The notes beneath the pieces are model-generated. The model searched no databases, was not told the DNA's origin, and saw only the letters and a program-made list of their open reading frames with translations. The translations under genes and the position numbers were made by a program. From Salinispira sp. (lineage in GTDB: Bacteria; Spirochaetota; Spirochaetia; DSM-27196; Salinispiraceae), in contig CBDDDG010000021.1 of the NCBI GenBank assembly GCA_965226555.1, forward strand, positions 288,001-352,000: a stretch of 64,000 nt of DNA. Reading direction: 5' to 3'. Positions 54,496-64,000 of this stretch are shown in pieces. Position 1 is the first letter of the stretch. Each line of letters opens with the position of its first letter.

Positions 54496-55428
54496 TTAAA
54501 AGAGTTCCAGGGGCTGATCAATACTCCCCTTAAGGAATACTTCAAAACGCGGACTCGCCCCTTCGAACAAGTACCGGCGGAGTTTTGAAACATCCTTAAT
54601 ATGCACGCCGCCCACGCTAATCCTGATCGGCGTACCATGTTTTACCTTGCCCCATTTGAATAAGGCATTTAGATCATTGATTCGCTCGCCATCATAATAC
54701 ACGAGGACATCTAAGTCATCATACGATGAACGATAGCTGGCAATTATACGCTTCCACGATTCAACATTACCGTTATGAAATAGTTCATTAGTAACCAATA
54801 CCGAATATTTTGGAGTAATGCGGTAATTTTCGGTTTTTGAAGGTTCGGGAGATGCAGATGTAGCCGGAGTTGGAACCAGTGCCGGAGCAGAAAATCTCCC
54901 GCCCCCCGCCGCTCGGTATTCTTTTGCCCCTGTAACATCGTTGCCGGCAAGCACCTCATGCACATCATATACTGCCTGATCCTTCATTTCCTTACTCACA
55001 TTACTGTTGAACGATTGAAGATATACGACAAGCAACTCATCCTTCATTATAGGAAGAACCGGTTTCCATGATTCAGGCTGTGTAGGGTTGATAAGGCACA
55101 TACCAATTTCAGGATGCTGATAGGTGATCACAATCTGAAACGCAGTCCATTGGGAGAGCGTTTTACAGATTTTTCGGCAGTCGTCAAAACCCCGCACTGA
55201 GTTTTTGGAACAATAGCTGTATTCAAACTTGTCAACAAGCATGGAACTGATAATGGGAGGAATGTGTTCCTTTATTATTGTATTGTTTGTCAGAGCGGGT
55301 TGGAGAAGATCTGCAAGGTTTTGACCCGAGCTGATGGGTTTGATGAGACTGCTAACATATTTAAAATACCGCAGAGCAACGTTAAACCCTGCTCTGCGGG
55401 AAAAAATATCAAAATTGCCAGAGGACAT
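54496..55428 (-). CDS. Hypothetical protein between cfpA and the ppdK-like gene
   Basis: 310-aa ORF, tightly operonic; C-terminal VTNELFHNGNVESWK...LFKWGKVKHG. Confidence 0.75.
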   Translation of the reverse strand: MSSGNFDIFSRRAGFNVALRYFKYVSSLIKPISSGQNLADLLQPALTNNTIIKEHIPPIISSMLVDKFEYSYCSKNSVRGFDDCRKICKTLSQWTAFQIVITYQHPEIGMCLINPTQPESWKPVLPIMKDELLVVYLQSFNSNVSKEMKDQAVYDVHEVLAGNDVTGAKEYRAAGGGRFSAPALVPTPATSASPEPSKTENYRITPKYSVLVTNELFHNGNVESWKRIIASYRSSYDDLDVLVYYDGERINDLNALFKWGKVKHGTPIRISVGGVHIKDVSKLRRYLFEGASPRFEVFLKGSIDQPLELF

Positions 55429-55434
55429 ATGCCT

Positions 55435-57405
55435 TTAAAGCTCCTGCAATCCATCGTCAGCAATGTTACCCGAAGCCGGTGAAATATCAGCCTTCCCCTT
55501 TACACCAGCCCCAACAGGACTGGCAACAGGCGGAGCGCTTGTCTCGTTGTCATCTACATTTTCATCATTGTCAGCATTGTAGCTCATGCCAATATCCTCA
55601 CGGACAGTTGAACGGCGGCGCGTAAATGCCGCAAAAGCCGCATCCTGAAAACCTTTTGAAACTCCATGGAGGAATTCATTAAGTACGTTTGCCATACTGT
55701 TCAGCGTATGTTTCTTACGTTTGATACTGGTAATATCAACATCGAAGAGAATGCCCGCCTGAATATGATAGGGATTAATCTGATAGTCAAAATCTTCAAA
55801 CTGCTGACGCAGAAATGTAACCCTGTTATCAAGTATTACCCGCTCCTTTGGGTTCTGAAAACCGTAGAGAGTAGATATTTTCTTGGTAAAGTCCGAAAAC
55901 ATTTTTTTGAAGAGCTTCTTTTCATGGAGATATGTTTGATTAAGACGCTCCACTTCTGTTACATCCGCCTTGATATGAGAAATCTCGTTCCAGACCTTTT
56001 TGAGTTCGGCAACGATGGGGTCACCGGTAACATCGAAGCTGGCAGTTTCTTTCCTGCGGCCAATTTTCTGGCTGAGACGGTTGACAAGGCTGTCGAAATC
56101 GGCTACTGCAAAATTTGACCGGTTATCACGATACACTTGCTCAATCACATCATACAGCCGCTGAATTTCCCTGCGGAACGCTTCAAGCTGTGCATCGTAG
56201 GCAGCCTGTTCAACATGGATCTGTTCGGAATCATAGAACTTCAGGCGTATTTGATAACGCTCATCGGGAATATTTTCAATATCGGTATCCTCATATTCCC
56301 GAATGATCAGCTCGCGGGCATTTTTGAGGTTCTCAATGTATTGATAGCCCATTTTACTCCAGTCGAGAATTGAGGTAAGAGAATTAATGACAGTATTGAA
56401 ACCGCGGTTTCGAATGTTTTCAATGTCAATAATCTTTTTCAGATTTTCACGGATGTTTGCGGGATCAAACTCCTTGGGATCGATATCTGCGCGAAGGCCG
56501 GATATTTTATCCATGAGCGATTTCGCGAGAAAACGATAGCGCTTTGAGGCTTCATCACTAACATTGTCATCGGTGAACTCAGGAACCCTGCTCATCTTCT
56601 CGAAAATAATTTCGGAATCGGTCAGTTCTTCCTGTCCATCATCAATACGCTCCATCTGGTAATTTTCAATTTCCTGATCAATAAGGGTGGTGATGGCACG
56701 GCTGATTTGATCCTTTATAAGATATTCAACGGTTGCCTGATACTGAAAGATGGGGCTGATAAGTTCAGAATCAAGAACATTAACTGAGAGCTTAACATCG
56801 AAGACTGTTTTGGGTTTGTGAATGTTATCCTTAAAGGCGCATTTTACAACAGAATAGGCGTTTTCACCGCGGATAAATGCTCCAACATCGGTCTTTTGAC
56901 GGAGCATGGCGTTTGTTTCATTTTCGAGATCATTCATACCCCGCTGAACATGGCCCTGAAGATGTCCGTACATATTTACAATCGATTTCTCAACTTCACC
57001 GGTATTGAATTTTTCAGATCCGGCTACTTCATCAAGAAGAGAAGCAATTTCCTTGGGGGTATAGCGGGCAAGCGACTTATGCTCCTCCTTATCAACAAAA
57101 TTGCGGATCTTTTTCACCATTTCATCTTCAGTTGTGGTGATATAGCGATTAAACATATTCTGGTAGTTTTGATTGAAGTAGTCGTAAAGCTTTTCTTTCA
57201 AACCTCCGCTAATATGCAATTGTTCCAGCGCCTCTTTGGGAAGCTTGGTTTGGATTGTTTTAAGGATACGATCTGTTTCCTCATGGACAAGATTATCATA
57301 TTCTTGTCGATGGTCTCGTCCATCCTGGGCCAAACTGTTTCGCGACCCCACGGCCGATGGCTTGGTCGGATGAAAAACATTTGGACTACGGGCAAGGTCT
57401 GACAT
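55435..57405 (-). CDS. cfpA: Cytoplasmic filament protein CfpA
   Basis: N-terminal [20 protein letters not shown] and C-terminal [17 protein letters not shown], recognised as spirochaete CfpA; SD GAGGAG. Confidence 0.9.
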   Translation of the reverse strand: MSDLARSPNVFHPTKPSAVGSRNSLAQDGRDHRQEYDNLVHEETDRILKTIQTKLPKEALEQLHISGGLKEKLYDYFNQNYQNMFNRYITTTEDEMVKKIRNFVDKEEHKSLARYTPKEIASLLDEVAGSEKFNTGEVEKSIVNMYGHLQGHVQRGMNDLENETNAMLRQKTDVGAFIRGENAYSVVKCAFKDNIHKPKTVFDVKLSVNVLDSELISPIFQYQATVEYLIKDQISRAITTLIDQEIENYQMERIDDGQEELTDSEIIFEKMSRVPEFTDDNVSDEASKRYRFLAKSLMDKISGLRADIDPKEFDPANIRENLKKIIDIENIRNRGFNTVINSLTSILDWSKMGYQYIENLKNARELIIREYEDTDIENIPDERYQIRLKFYDSEQIHVEQAAYDAQLEAFRREIQRLYDVIEQVYRDNRSNFAVADFDSLVNRLSQKIGRRKETASFDVTGDPIVAELKKVWNEISHIKADVTEVERLNQTYLHEKKLFKKMFSDFTKKISTLYGFQNPKERVILDNRVTFLRQQFEDFDYQINPYHIQAGILFDVDITSIKRKKHTLNSMANVLNEFLHGVSKGFQDAAFAAFTRRRSTVREDIGMSYNADNDENVDDNETSAPPVASPVGAGVKGKADISPASGNIADDGLQEL

Positions 57406-57590
57406 AATTAAACTCCTCATCATGTCGTCTTCAGGTGTTTTTAGTACCTTCGTTATATTTTGGTATTATGTAGTGTCACACTCACTATACCATAATTTAC
57501 TTTCAAAAACTTTTGCATTCTGCAAAACTTTGGTATGTGCTTAGCATTCTCGCACCTTGTAGAAAGTTTTGAATTCTGCAAAACGTTATT

Positions 57591-59891
57591 TCAAAAATTC
57601 ATTGTTTGATTATAATCTAAATTCCGGATTAATTCACGGAAATCTTCTTCATTAACGAGAGTTTTTTCAAAACTTCGATCAAGGAAGCTGCTCGCGATAA
57701 ACCAGATAGTTGCGCTTCCCGCAATTTCGTGAACTGACTGGTCGGGAAGGGTAAGTGTATTTCCCGGATATATCCAGTCTGGGTTTCGTTCAAAGATTGT
57801 TTCTTCACCCAGAAAATCATATCCATTATTATAGCTTATCCAGTTACTAATAAAAAGTACTTCTTCCAGACTCCATTCAATTTTTTCGAATTTATCCGCT
57901 ATAACAGTATCGGCAGCTCTCTCTGTATCTTGATTCTGGGAGGATGTTTCTTGATTCAGGGAGGATATCGCCGCTTCACTTTGAGAAGATGCCGCCGCTT
58001 CACTTTGGGAAGGTGCTTCCTGATTCTGGGCAGATGCTGCCGCTTCGCTTTGCGATTGTTCCTCTGCAGCGCGTGTGTCGCCGTTTTCTCCAGGGGACGA
58101 TTGTGCTCCCCCTGAAAAAAACATGGCAAGGAATAGTACCAGTATGATGGCTGTTCCTGCTACGAGTAAGGGGATAGCAATGTTCCGTTTTCCGGTCTTG
58201 GGCTTTTCTGCGTTCCGTTTTCCGGCATCCTGAGTTGTATATCTTTTATTGGGGGTACCCGCCCTATTGGGATCCTCCGACATCTCTGTTTTGTTGGGAG
58301 TGTTTGCCTTATCGGAAACATTTTTCGATGTATCGGTATGTGAAATTTCCGAGCCGGGGGCAGGTGCATAATAATGTTCTTCAGGATCTCCTTCTGCGGT
58401 TTCATTGCCATGGAGCAGATACTGAAGCGTATTGATGAGCCTCGTGAGTTCATCGTTGTATTCGGATGTTTTCGGTTTGTGCCCTGCAAGATCGGCAATT
58501 TTTCCACGGGTCTCATCCCATGAACGGAAGGTTTTCCGGGTTATTCCTTCAGCCATAAAAAACAATACTGTCCATTTTTTGTCTTGCTGGATAAGCGCTG
58601 CGCGGACAGGAAGCTTTACCGTCATCTGAAGCGATGTAATGTGTTCGGCAATGAATGATGCATCATTGGCGGCGCTGCCGATTTCCAGATGAAGATTAAC
58701 ATAATTCCACACCCACAGGAGAACGGTGAAGCGGGTAATATGATCATCCTGCCTGAGCGATTCAAGCTGCGTTTTTATACCGGATGTAAGATCAAGATTA
58801 TGAATCAGTTCCCGTCCGCGGCTTCCCATAAATTGTTCCAGCGAATTCTGAGCGGTATCGGAATCAACATTCACTGAAACAGAACCGGCAGCGCCGCCGG
58901 GAAGGTAATACGGAACAAGGGGGAGAAGAGGTGGAGGAAGATGAAGCCATGTTTTTCCCTTGGGAAGTGAGAGCGATGTAACAGTATGTTTGGAATTCCG
59001 TTCACTGATTCTGAGATGCTGTTTATACGATTGTACTTTCAGGCAAAAGGGAAGACCTTCTGGCGCGCCTATGTTCACATTCACCGCAAGGTTTTTGAGA
59101 AGGGCAATGAATTTTCCGGTATTTCCCTTCGGATCAGCGTCTGCAACAATTGTGATGTCGGTTTCCTGATCTTTCCCCCGTGATCTCTGCCATTTTACCA
59201 TATTCATGAGGTCCCCCGCATGTGAGGATCCTGCAAAATTCCGGATCATTGATGGAGGAATCATGGCTTCGGCAATGGAGGCAACAGTGCTGTAAACCAT
59301 TCCTGCCGGCTGAACTATTCCATTTTCAAAGAGGGCAAAACTCTTATCCGGGAATACAATAAAACCGGGAAATAAAAGATCATCAGGGGTGAGGAAGTTC
59401 TCTGTTTTGCGTACAAGATCGTCTATTCGCTGAATAAGCTCAATGGCATGACGATCGGTCTTCTCCCGTTCCAGCAGATCAAAGAGACAATTGCCATTGA
59501 GAAATATTTTGCAATTCTCATCATCATAAAAAACAACATTGTCATTATAATTCCGGGCATCATCCTGAGAAATGGAATGATCCATGGCTTTTTTATTCCC
59601 GATAATACGTATCATCGCATCAACAAGTTCCTGAGAACCAACATAGTTTGTCGGTTCCGAAGCAGATGCGGCAATACATGAAGATTCAATGAACCAGTTA
59701 CCGGTTAATCTATCGGTGAGGATAACATATCCGATATAGGGGCGAATGCTTTCGGGGATCGCCGCGCTGTTGCCGATGCGTATGAAAGGTTTGCGCATAT
59801 GGCTCGGGCAACCCGTGTAAAGAATATAGCATTCCTGATCAATATGATATAAGCGGTTGCTGGTAATGTTTGTTTTTCTCTTGGCATTCAA
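57591..59891 (-). CDS. Membrane protein with a C-terminal LysM-like segment
   Basis: One transmembrane segment and RNPDWIYPGNTLTLP; upstream TTGACC-17-TATAAT. Confidence 0.65.
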   Translation of the reverse strand: MNAKRKTNITSNRLYHIDQECYILYTGCPSHMRKPFIRIGNSAAIPESIRPYIGYVILTDRLTGNWFIESSCIAASASEPTNYVGSQELVDAMIRIIGNKKAMDHSISQDDARNYNDNVVFYDDENCKIFLNGNCLFDLLEREKTDRHAIELIQRIDDLVRKTENFLTPDDLLFPGFIVFPDKSFALFENGIVQPAGMVYSTVASIAEAMIPPSMIRNFAGSSHAGDLMNMVKWQRSRGKDQETDITIVADADPKGNTGKFIALLKNLAVNVNIGAPEGLPFCLKVQSYKQHLRISERNSKHTVTSLSLPKGKTWLHLPPPLLPLVPYYLPGGAAGSVSVNVDSDTAQNSLEQFMGSRGRELIHNLDLTSGIKTQLESLRQDDHITRFTVLLWVWNYVNLHLEIGSAANDASFIAEHITSLQMTVKLPVRAALIQQDKKWTVLFFMAEGITRKTFRSWDETRGKIADLAGHKPKTSEYNDELTRLINTLQYLLHGNETAEGDPEEHYYAPAPGSEISHTDTSKNVSDKANTPNKTEMSEDPNRAGTPNKRYTTQDAGKRNAEKPKTGKRNIAIPLLVAGTAIILVLFLAMFFSGGAQSSPGENGDTRAAEEQSQSEAAASAQNQEAPSQSEAAASSQSEAAISSLNQETSSQNQDTERAADTVIADKFEKIEWSLEEVLFISNWISYNNGYDFLGEETIFERNPDWIYPGNTLTLPDQSVHEIAGSATIWFIASSFLDRSFEKTLVNEEDFRELIRNLDYNQTMNF

Positions 59892-60040
59892 TTTAATGTA
59901 TTATATGATAAGAAAATTAATGGGTCAATAAAATATGAAAAACTTTTGCATTGATAAAGTTTTGCCTAAAAAAATTTTGCAAAATGCACAATTTTCTATA
60001 AGTGCCCATAGTACATTTTTTGCGGGATGAATACAGAATT

Positions 60041-61186
60041 ATGATTGTCACACAGCGGACAAAGACAAAGATAATACCTATTGCAGGCGGGAAGGGCGGT
60101 GTCGGTAAAACAGAATTCTGCGCGAATTTAGGTGTTCATCTCGGACAGCTCGGATATAAAGTCATTCTCATAGACCTTGATCTGGGCGGGTCAAATCTTC
60201 ATTCAACACTTGGGCTTAAAAATAAGTCGGTTGGTGTCGGAAACTTTCTCTCAGATAGAAAACTCAATTTCAACAATCTGATCAGCCAGACACACTATTC
60301 GAATGTCGGTTTTATTCCCGGCGATGTATTGGTAGCCGGAACGCCGAATCTCGGCTTTGCGCAGAAACAGAGTCTTATACATAATATCGAAAAACTGGAT
60401 GCCGATTATGTTCTCATTGATCTGGGTTCAGGTTCCTCAAATAATGTGGTCGATTTTTTTCTCATTTCCAATTCAGGAATTTTACTTACCTCTCCCCACA
60501 TTGGGTCAATACTCAACACATACAGCTTTTTGAAAAATACCATATTCCGTTTTCTTATTCGCGCCTTCTCAGGAGAATCGGATGTTGAAAAATATCTCAG
60601 AGAATCCATAAAGGAACGCCGCCCGGGAAATCCGGTAACAATTGCCAATGTATTTGCGGGCATTGAGGAAATGGATTCTGCCTTTGCAAGGAAGGCAAGG
60701 CGATATGTGGATTTGGTACGCCCTCTGCTTGTATTAAATATGGTGAGAACTGCTGATGATTTTGATATTCTCGAAAGATTACGGGATCTTACCGGCAACA
60801 ATCTTGATGTTAAACTGGAAACTCTGGGGATGATCATTCATGATGACAGCATAGCTGCCTCCCATCGTTCGAAAATTCCCATGGTTGAAATTGTTCCCGA
60901 AAGCCTTTTTAGTATTGAGGTTGACCGTATTACCCAGAAAATTGTTCAGTCGCCCAATTTTCCCGAGCTTGCTCTTGCCACCGATCTCTATCCCGATTCC
61001 TATGCGCTCATGCATATAGAATCGAAACAGGATCTGGAACAGCTTTATCAACAGCGCACCGCTCCCGAACGTCAGGCTCAGGCAGATGCCACAGAATTCC
61101 TCGAAGTGCTCAGCACGCAGAAAAAACAAATTCATGAATTACGAAATACTGTTCGGATGCTCTCCATGAAAAACCCTCCGACGTGA
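60041..61186 (+). CDS. MinD/FlhG-like P-loop ATPase
   Basis: GGKGGVGKT, IDLDLGGSNLH and VLIDLGSG. Confidence 0.85.
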   Translation: MIVTQRTKTKIIPIAGGKGGVGKTEFCANLGVHLGQLGYKVILIDLDLGGSNLHSTLGLKNKSVGVGNFLSDRKLNFNNLISQTHYSNVGFIPGDVLVAGTPNLGFAQKQSLIHNIEKLDADYVLIDLGSGSSNNVVDFFLISNSGILLTSPHIGSILNTYSFLKNTIFRFLIRAFSGESDVEKYLRESIKERRPGNPVTIANVFAGIEEMDSAFARKARRYVDLVRPLLVLNMVRTADDFDILERLRDLTGNNLDVKLETLGMIIHDDSIAASHRSKIPMVEIVPESLFSIEVDRITQKIVQSPNFPELALATDLYPDSYALMHIESKQDLEQLYQQRTAPERQAQADATEFLEVLSTQKKQIHELRNTVRMLSMKNPPT

Positions 61187-62749
61187 ATCGGTCTGTTTAT
61201 TAAGAAAATACTCAAAGCTGTCCAGAAGGGCTTCCCAACTCGCTTCCACAATGTTTTCATTAACGCCAACGGTGCCCCAGTCTTCTGTTCCATCGGAACT
61301 GGTAATAAAAACCCGCACCTTTGCGGCAGAAGCACTTTCCGGATTAAGTACCCGAACCCTGTAGTCGATAAGGCGGATTTTTTCCAGTTCCGGATAATGG
61401 GGGCCGAGGGCATTACGGAGAGCAGCATCCAGAGTTTCGACCGGGCCGATTCCCACAGCCGCTCCCATAATTTCAGTTCCGGCATCATCGAGAAACATAC
61501 GCCCAATGGTGCTGCTCTGCAAATGCGTGGTTTTATAGCTTTCTAAATGGTAGTTTTTCAGCTGCACAAAGGGGCGGTAGGTTCCCAGCGCTCTGCGTAC
61601 AAGAATGTCGAAACTGCCTTCGGCCGCCTCATATTCATAGCCTTCGTTTTCTTTGTGCTTGAGTGTTTCAATAAGCGTTTTTACCACGCTGCTGTTTTTG
61701 TCGTAGTTTCCGTACTTGCGCAGTTTTTCGACTATGGTCGATTTTCCTGCCAGTTCACTGAGCAGTACCTGGCGTGAGTTTCCCACGAGAGAACCATCCA
61801 TGTGTTCCATGAGCCGGGGGGCCTTGAGGATGACATCCGCATGCTGTCCGGCCTTATGCGCAAAGGCCGCAATACCAACGAAGGCCTGCCGTTTTTCAGG
61901 AATAATGTTCGCCTTTTCGGCAACAAAACGGCTGAGTGCTGTGAGATGCTCCATGTTTTTTTCGCAATAGGCTTTGTAGCCCATCTTCAGGGTGAGATTC
62001 GGCATAATTTCACAGAGGTTCGCGTTTCCGCAGCGCTCACCCCAGCCGTTTATGGTTCCCTGAATGTGCATTGCTCCATGATGTACCGCTGTAATACTGT
62101 TGGCAACGGCAGTGCCGCAGTCGTTATGAAAGTGTCCGCCGAGGTTCGTGTATCCTGAGCCGGAGAGTTCCTTATACATTGCTGTAACTTCATGGGGGAG
62201 GGTTCCGCCGTTTGTATCGCAGCAGACCAGAACATCGGCGCCAGCCTCTTTTCCGGTCTGTAATACACGGAGCGCATAGTCTTTGTTATCCTTCCAGCCG
62301 TCAAAGAAGTGTTCCATATCGAAAATAACTTCTCGTTCCTCTTTTTTGAGGAAGCTGATGGAGTCGGATATCATACGGAGATTTTCTTCAAGGTCAGTGC
62401 CGAGTACTTTGTGTACATGCTCAGTCCATGTTTTCCCGACAATGACAACGGTATCGGTTTCTGCCTCAAGAAGAGCGCGAATCTGAGCGTCGCTCTCCGC
62501 CTTTCCTCCGGCTTTCCGCGTAGAACCAAAGCTGGCAATGCGCGCGTGCTTTATACTCATTGATTTTATGCGCTTGAAAAACTCGGCTTCCTTTTTGTTG
62601 CTCAGGGGAAAGCCGCCTTCAATGTAGTCAATACCAATTTCATCGAGTCTTCGGGCAATCTGGAGCTTATCATCAAGCGTATAGCTTATCTCAATGCCCT
62701 GCATTCCATCGCGGAGAGTTGTATCGAAAATTGAAATTGTTCTACTCAT
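61139..62749 (-). CDS. cimA: Citramalate synthase
   Basis: DTTLRDGMQ, GTINGWGERCGNA, AFAHKAG and SELAGKS. Overlaps the convergent ATPase gene by 48 bp. Confidence 0.88.
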   Translation of the reverse strand: MSRTISIFDTTLRDGMQGIEISYTLDDKLQIARRLDEIGIDYIEGGFPLSNKKEAEFFKRIKSMSIKHARIASFGSTRKAGGKAESDAQIRALLEAETDTVVIVGKTWTEHVHKVLGTDLEENLRMISDSISFLKKEEREVIFDMEHFFDGWKDNKDYALRVLQTGKEAGADVLVCCDTNGGTLPHEVTAMYKELSGSGYTNLGGHFHNDCGTAVANSITAVHHGAMHIQGTINGWGERCGNANLCEIMPNLTLKMGYKAYCEKNMEHLTALSRFVAEKANIIPEKRQAFVGIAAFAHKAGQHADVILKAPRLMEHMDGSLVGNSRQVLLSELAGKSTIVEKLRKYGNYDKNSSVVKTLIETLKHKENEGYEYEAAEGSFDILVRRALGTYRPFVQLKNYHLESYKTTHLQSSTIGRMFLDDAGTEIMGAAVGIGPVETLDAALRNALGPHYPELEKIRLIDYRVRVLNPESASAAKVRVFITSSDGTEDWGTVGVNENIVEASWEALLDSFEYFLNKQTDSRRRVFHGEHPNSIS

Positions 62750-62763
62750 ATCAGTATACAGTT

Positions 62764-62837
62764 CGGGAATGACGGGATTTGAACCCGCGACCTCCGGCTT
62801 GACAGGCCGGCGTTCTAACCAGCTGAACTACATCCCC
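62764..62837 (-). tRNA. tRNA-Asp(GTC)
   Basis: Reverse-complement cloverleaf with anticodon arm CCGGC-CTGTCAA-GCCGG; upstream TTGACA-17-CATAAT (62862-62890). Confidence 0.95.
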
Positions 62838-62929
62838 ATTTATTGTGTGTAATTGTCAGGAATTATGTAACAAGATATGTACTGTGTCAAGTGCTCTTTT
62901 TTTATATGGGTGAATTCGCCCGCATATAT

Positions 62930-63046
62930 AAAAAGGCGGCTGATATGGAGTCAGCCGCCGGGACATATCCAATGGTAAAGGAGCAAAACCATTTGATACA
63001 TTACACAATTAAACATCACTAATTTAGGAGGTAGTTGATGCACCTT
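62930..63046 (-). ncRNA. Candidate small RNA with three hairpins and CUCC-containing loops
   Basis: Hairpins at 63014-63040, 62967-62997 and 62935-62959; the last is followed by a U tract on the minus strand. Confidence 0.45.
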
Positions 63047-63179
63047 TATATAAAAGAAGACAACGAACTTCTCTCATGGTAACAAAAATATGATTTGTGA
63101 GAATGGGATATTACAGGTTCCCTACAAAGTTTTGCAAAACTTTCTGTGGTTATGTGCCGCATGTTACATTATAATTATA

Positions 63180-64000
63180 GAAACCTTTGAATAACTCCAT
63201 TATATCTGCCGGTAGTCTTTTTTCCACGCAGAAAAAATTATTCATCGTTTTTCACGTTATTCTCTTCAGCATCCTCCGTCTTTTTTCGGCGCGATACGCG
63301 CTATATTCGTTCTTTTTTTCATCTTTTTTCAGTATTTCCCTCATTTCCGGCAGCAGTACCGCCATAAGGGCACAGCTATCCTGTTGTTATGCCGCAACCG
63401 CAGAGTTTTCCAGCGCCATGTTCCCCATTCGCCGTTTCATGCCGATCATCTGTTTCAGATTATACATAATCGCCATACACATAAACCGACTCTGATTCCT
63501 CTGAACTCCCATATACCGCGCCTTTCTTGCGCCGCAATGGAGTTTGCTCAGCCCAAAAAACCGCTCCACCGTATTCCTTACGCGCGACCGCCCGTAATTC
63601 GCCTGCTTCTGCTCATCGGTTAACGGTGTGTTCCGATACGCCCGCTCATGTATTTGATTCTCTATGCCCATCTCCTCAAGCATCGCAGCAATCGCTTTAC
63701 TCCGGTACGCGGCATCCGCGTACACCACCGTCTCATTTACCGTCACGTGTATCTTGAAACCGTAGGTTGTTCGTACCGTTCCATCGCCTCCCTTCTTACT
63801 CGCGTAGGCCGCTTCAGGATCCTGTGTCGATTCTCCTGCGTCATTTTTTTTCTTCCGATGCCGCGAAGCCTGTATGACACTCGCGTCAATTATGCTGACT
63901 GCGCCCCGGTGCACTTCACAATCCTGCGTGTCCAACTGCGCATTCACCGTGTCCAAGAGCGCACTAAGAATATTCTTACGGGTCAGTTGTTCCCGAAACC
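63180..64000 (-). mobile_element. IS5-family element, partial (transposase 63387 to beyond the window), probably with an internal deletion
   Basis: FREQL, IIDAS, DPEA, YGFKIH, YADAAY and RNTVERFF motifs. Probable end GAAACCTTTGAATAAC preceded by TATA. Confidence 0.8.

Noticed and set aside
63105..63124. TATTACAGGTTCCCTA as the end of the terminal IS
   Set aside because: Its orientation does not fit the minus-strand transposase and no partner repeat is visible; 63180 fits better.

Overview
This 64 kb window comes from a spirochaete chromosome, shown by cfpA, two FlaB flagellins plus flaG, a ppdK-like gene beside cfpA, and a 23S-5S rRNA unit with no linked 16S. Repeat-rich surface lipoproteins and several Rpn genes suggest a host-associated, possibly marine organism (inference only). 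From left to right it contains: (1) a beta-glucan utilisation locus with a glycosidase fused to a probable outer-membrane barrel, two CBM-like lipoproteins, an ABC transporter and a GH16; (2) a defence island (about 10.2-19.5 kb) where interleaved direct repeats put a HARE-HTH/DUF262/GmrSD-like cassette between an Rpn gene and a stand-alone copy of its internal RpnS module; (3) hom, a repeat protein, and an IS5-family element split by a palindromic insertion; (4) fprA, infC-rpmI-rplT, zapB/zapA-like genes, flaB-flaB-flaG, tRNA-Ile, 23S and 5S rRNA; (5) surface lipoproteins, two with homopolymer tracts (G9 out of frame, C11 in frame), more Rpn copies and rbsD/rbsC; (6) tsaD, apt, tRNA-Gln, carAB, a cfpA cluster, a MinD-like ATPase, cimA, tRNA-Asp, a candidate three-hairpin sRNA and a second IS5. 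A modular palindromic repeat family occurs at about 17 loci and shows direct evidence of insertion. All calls are by eye from motifs; no database searches were run.
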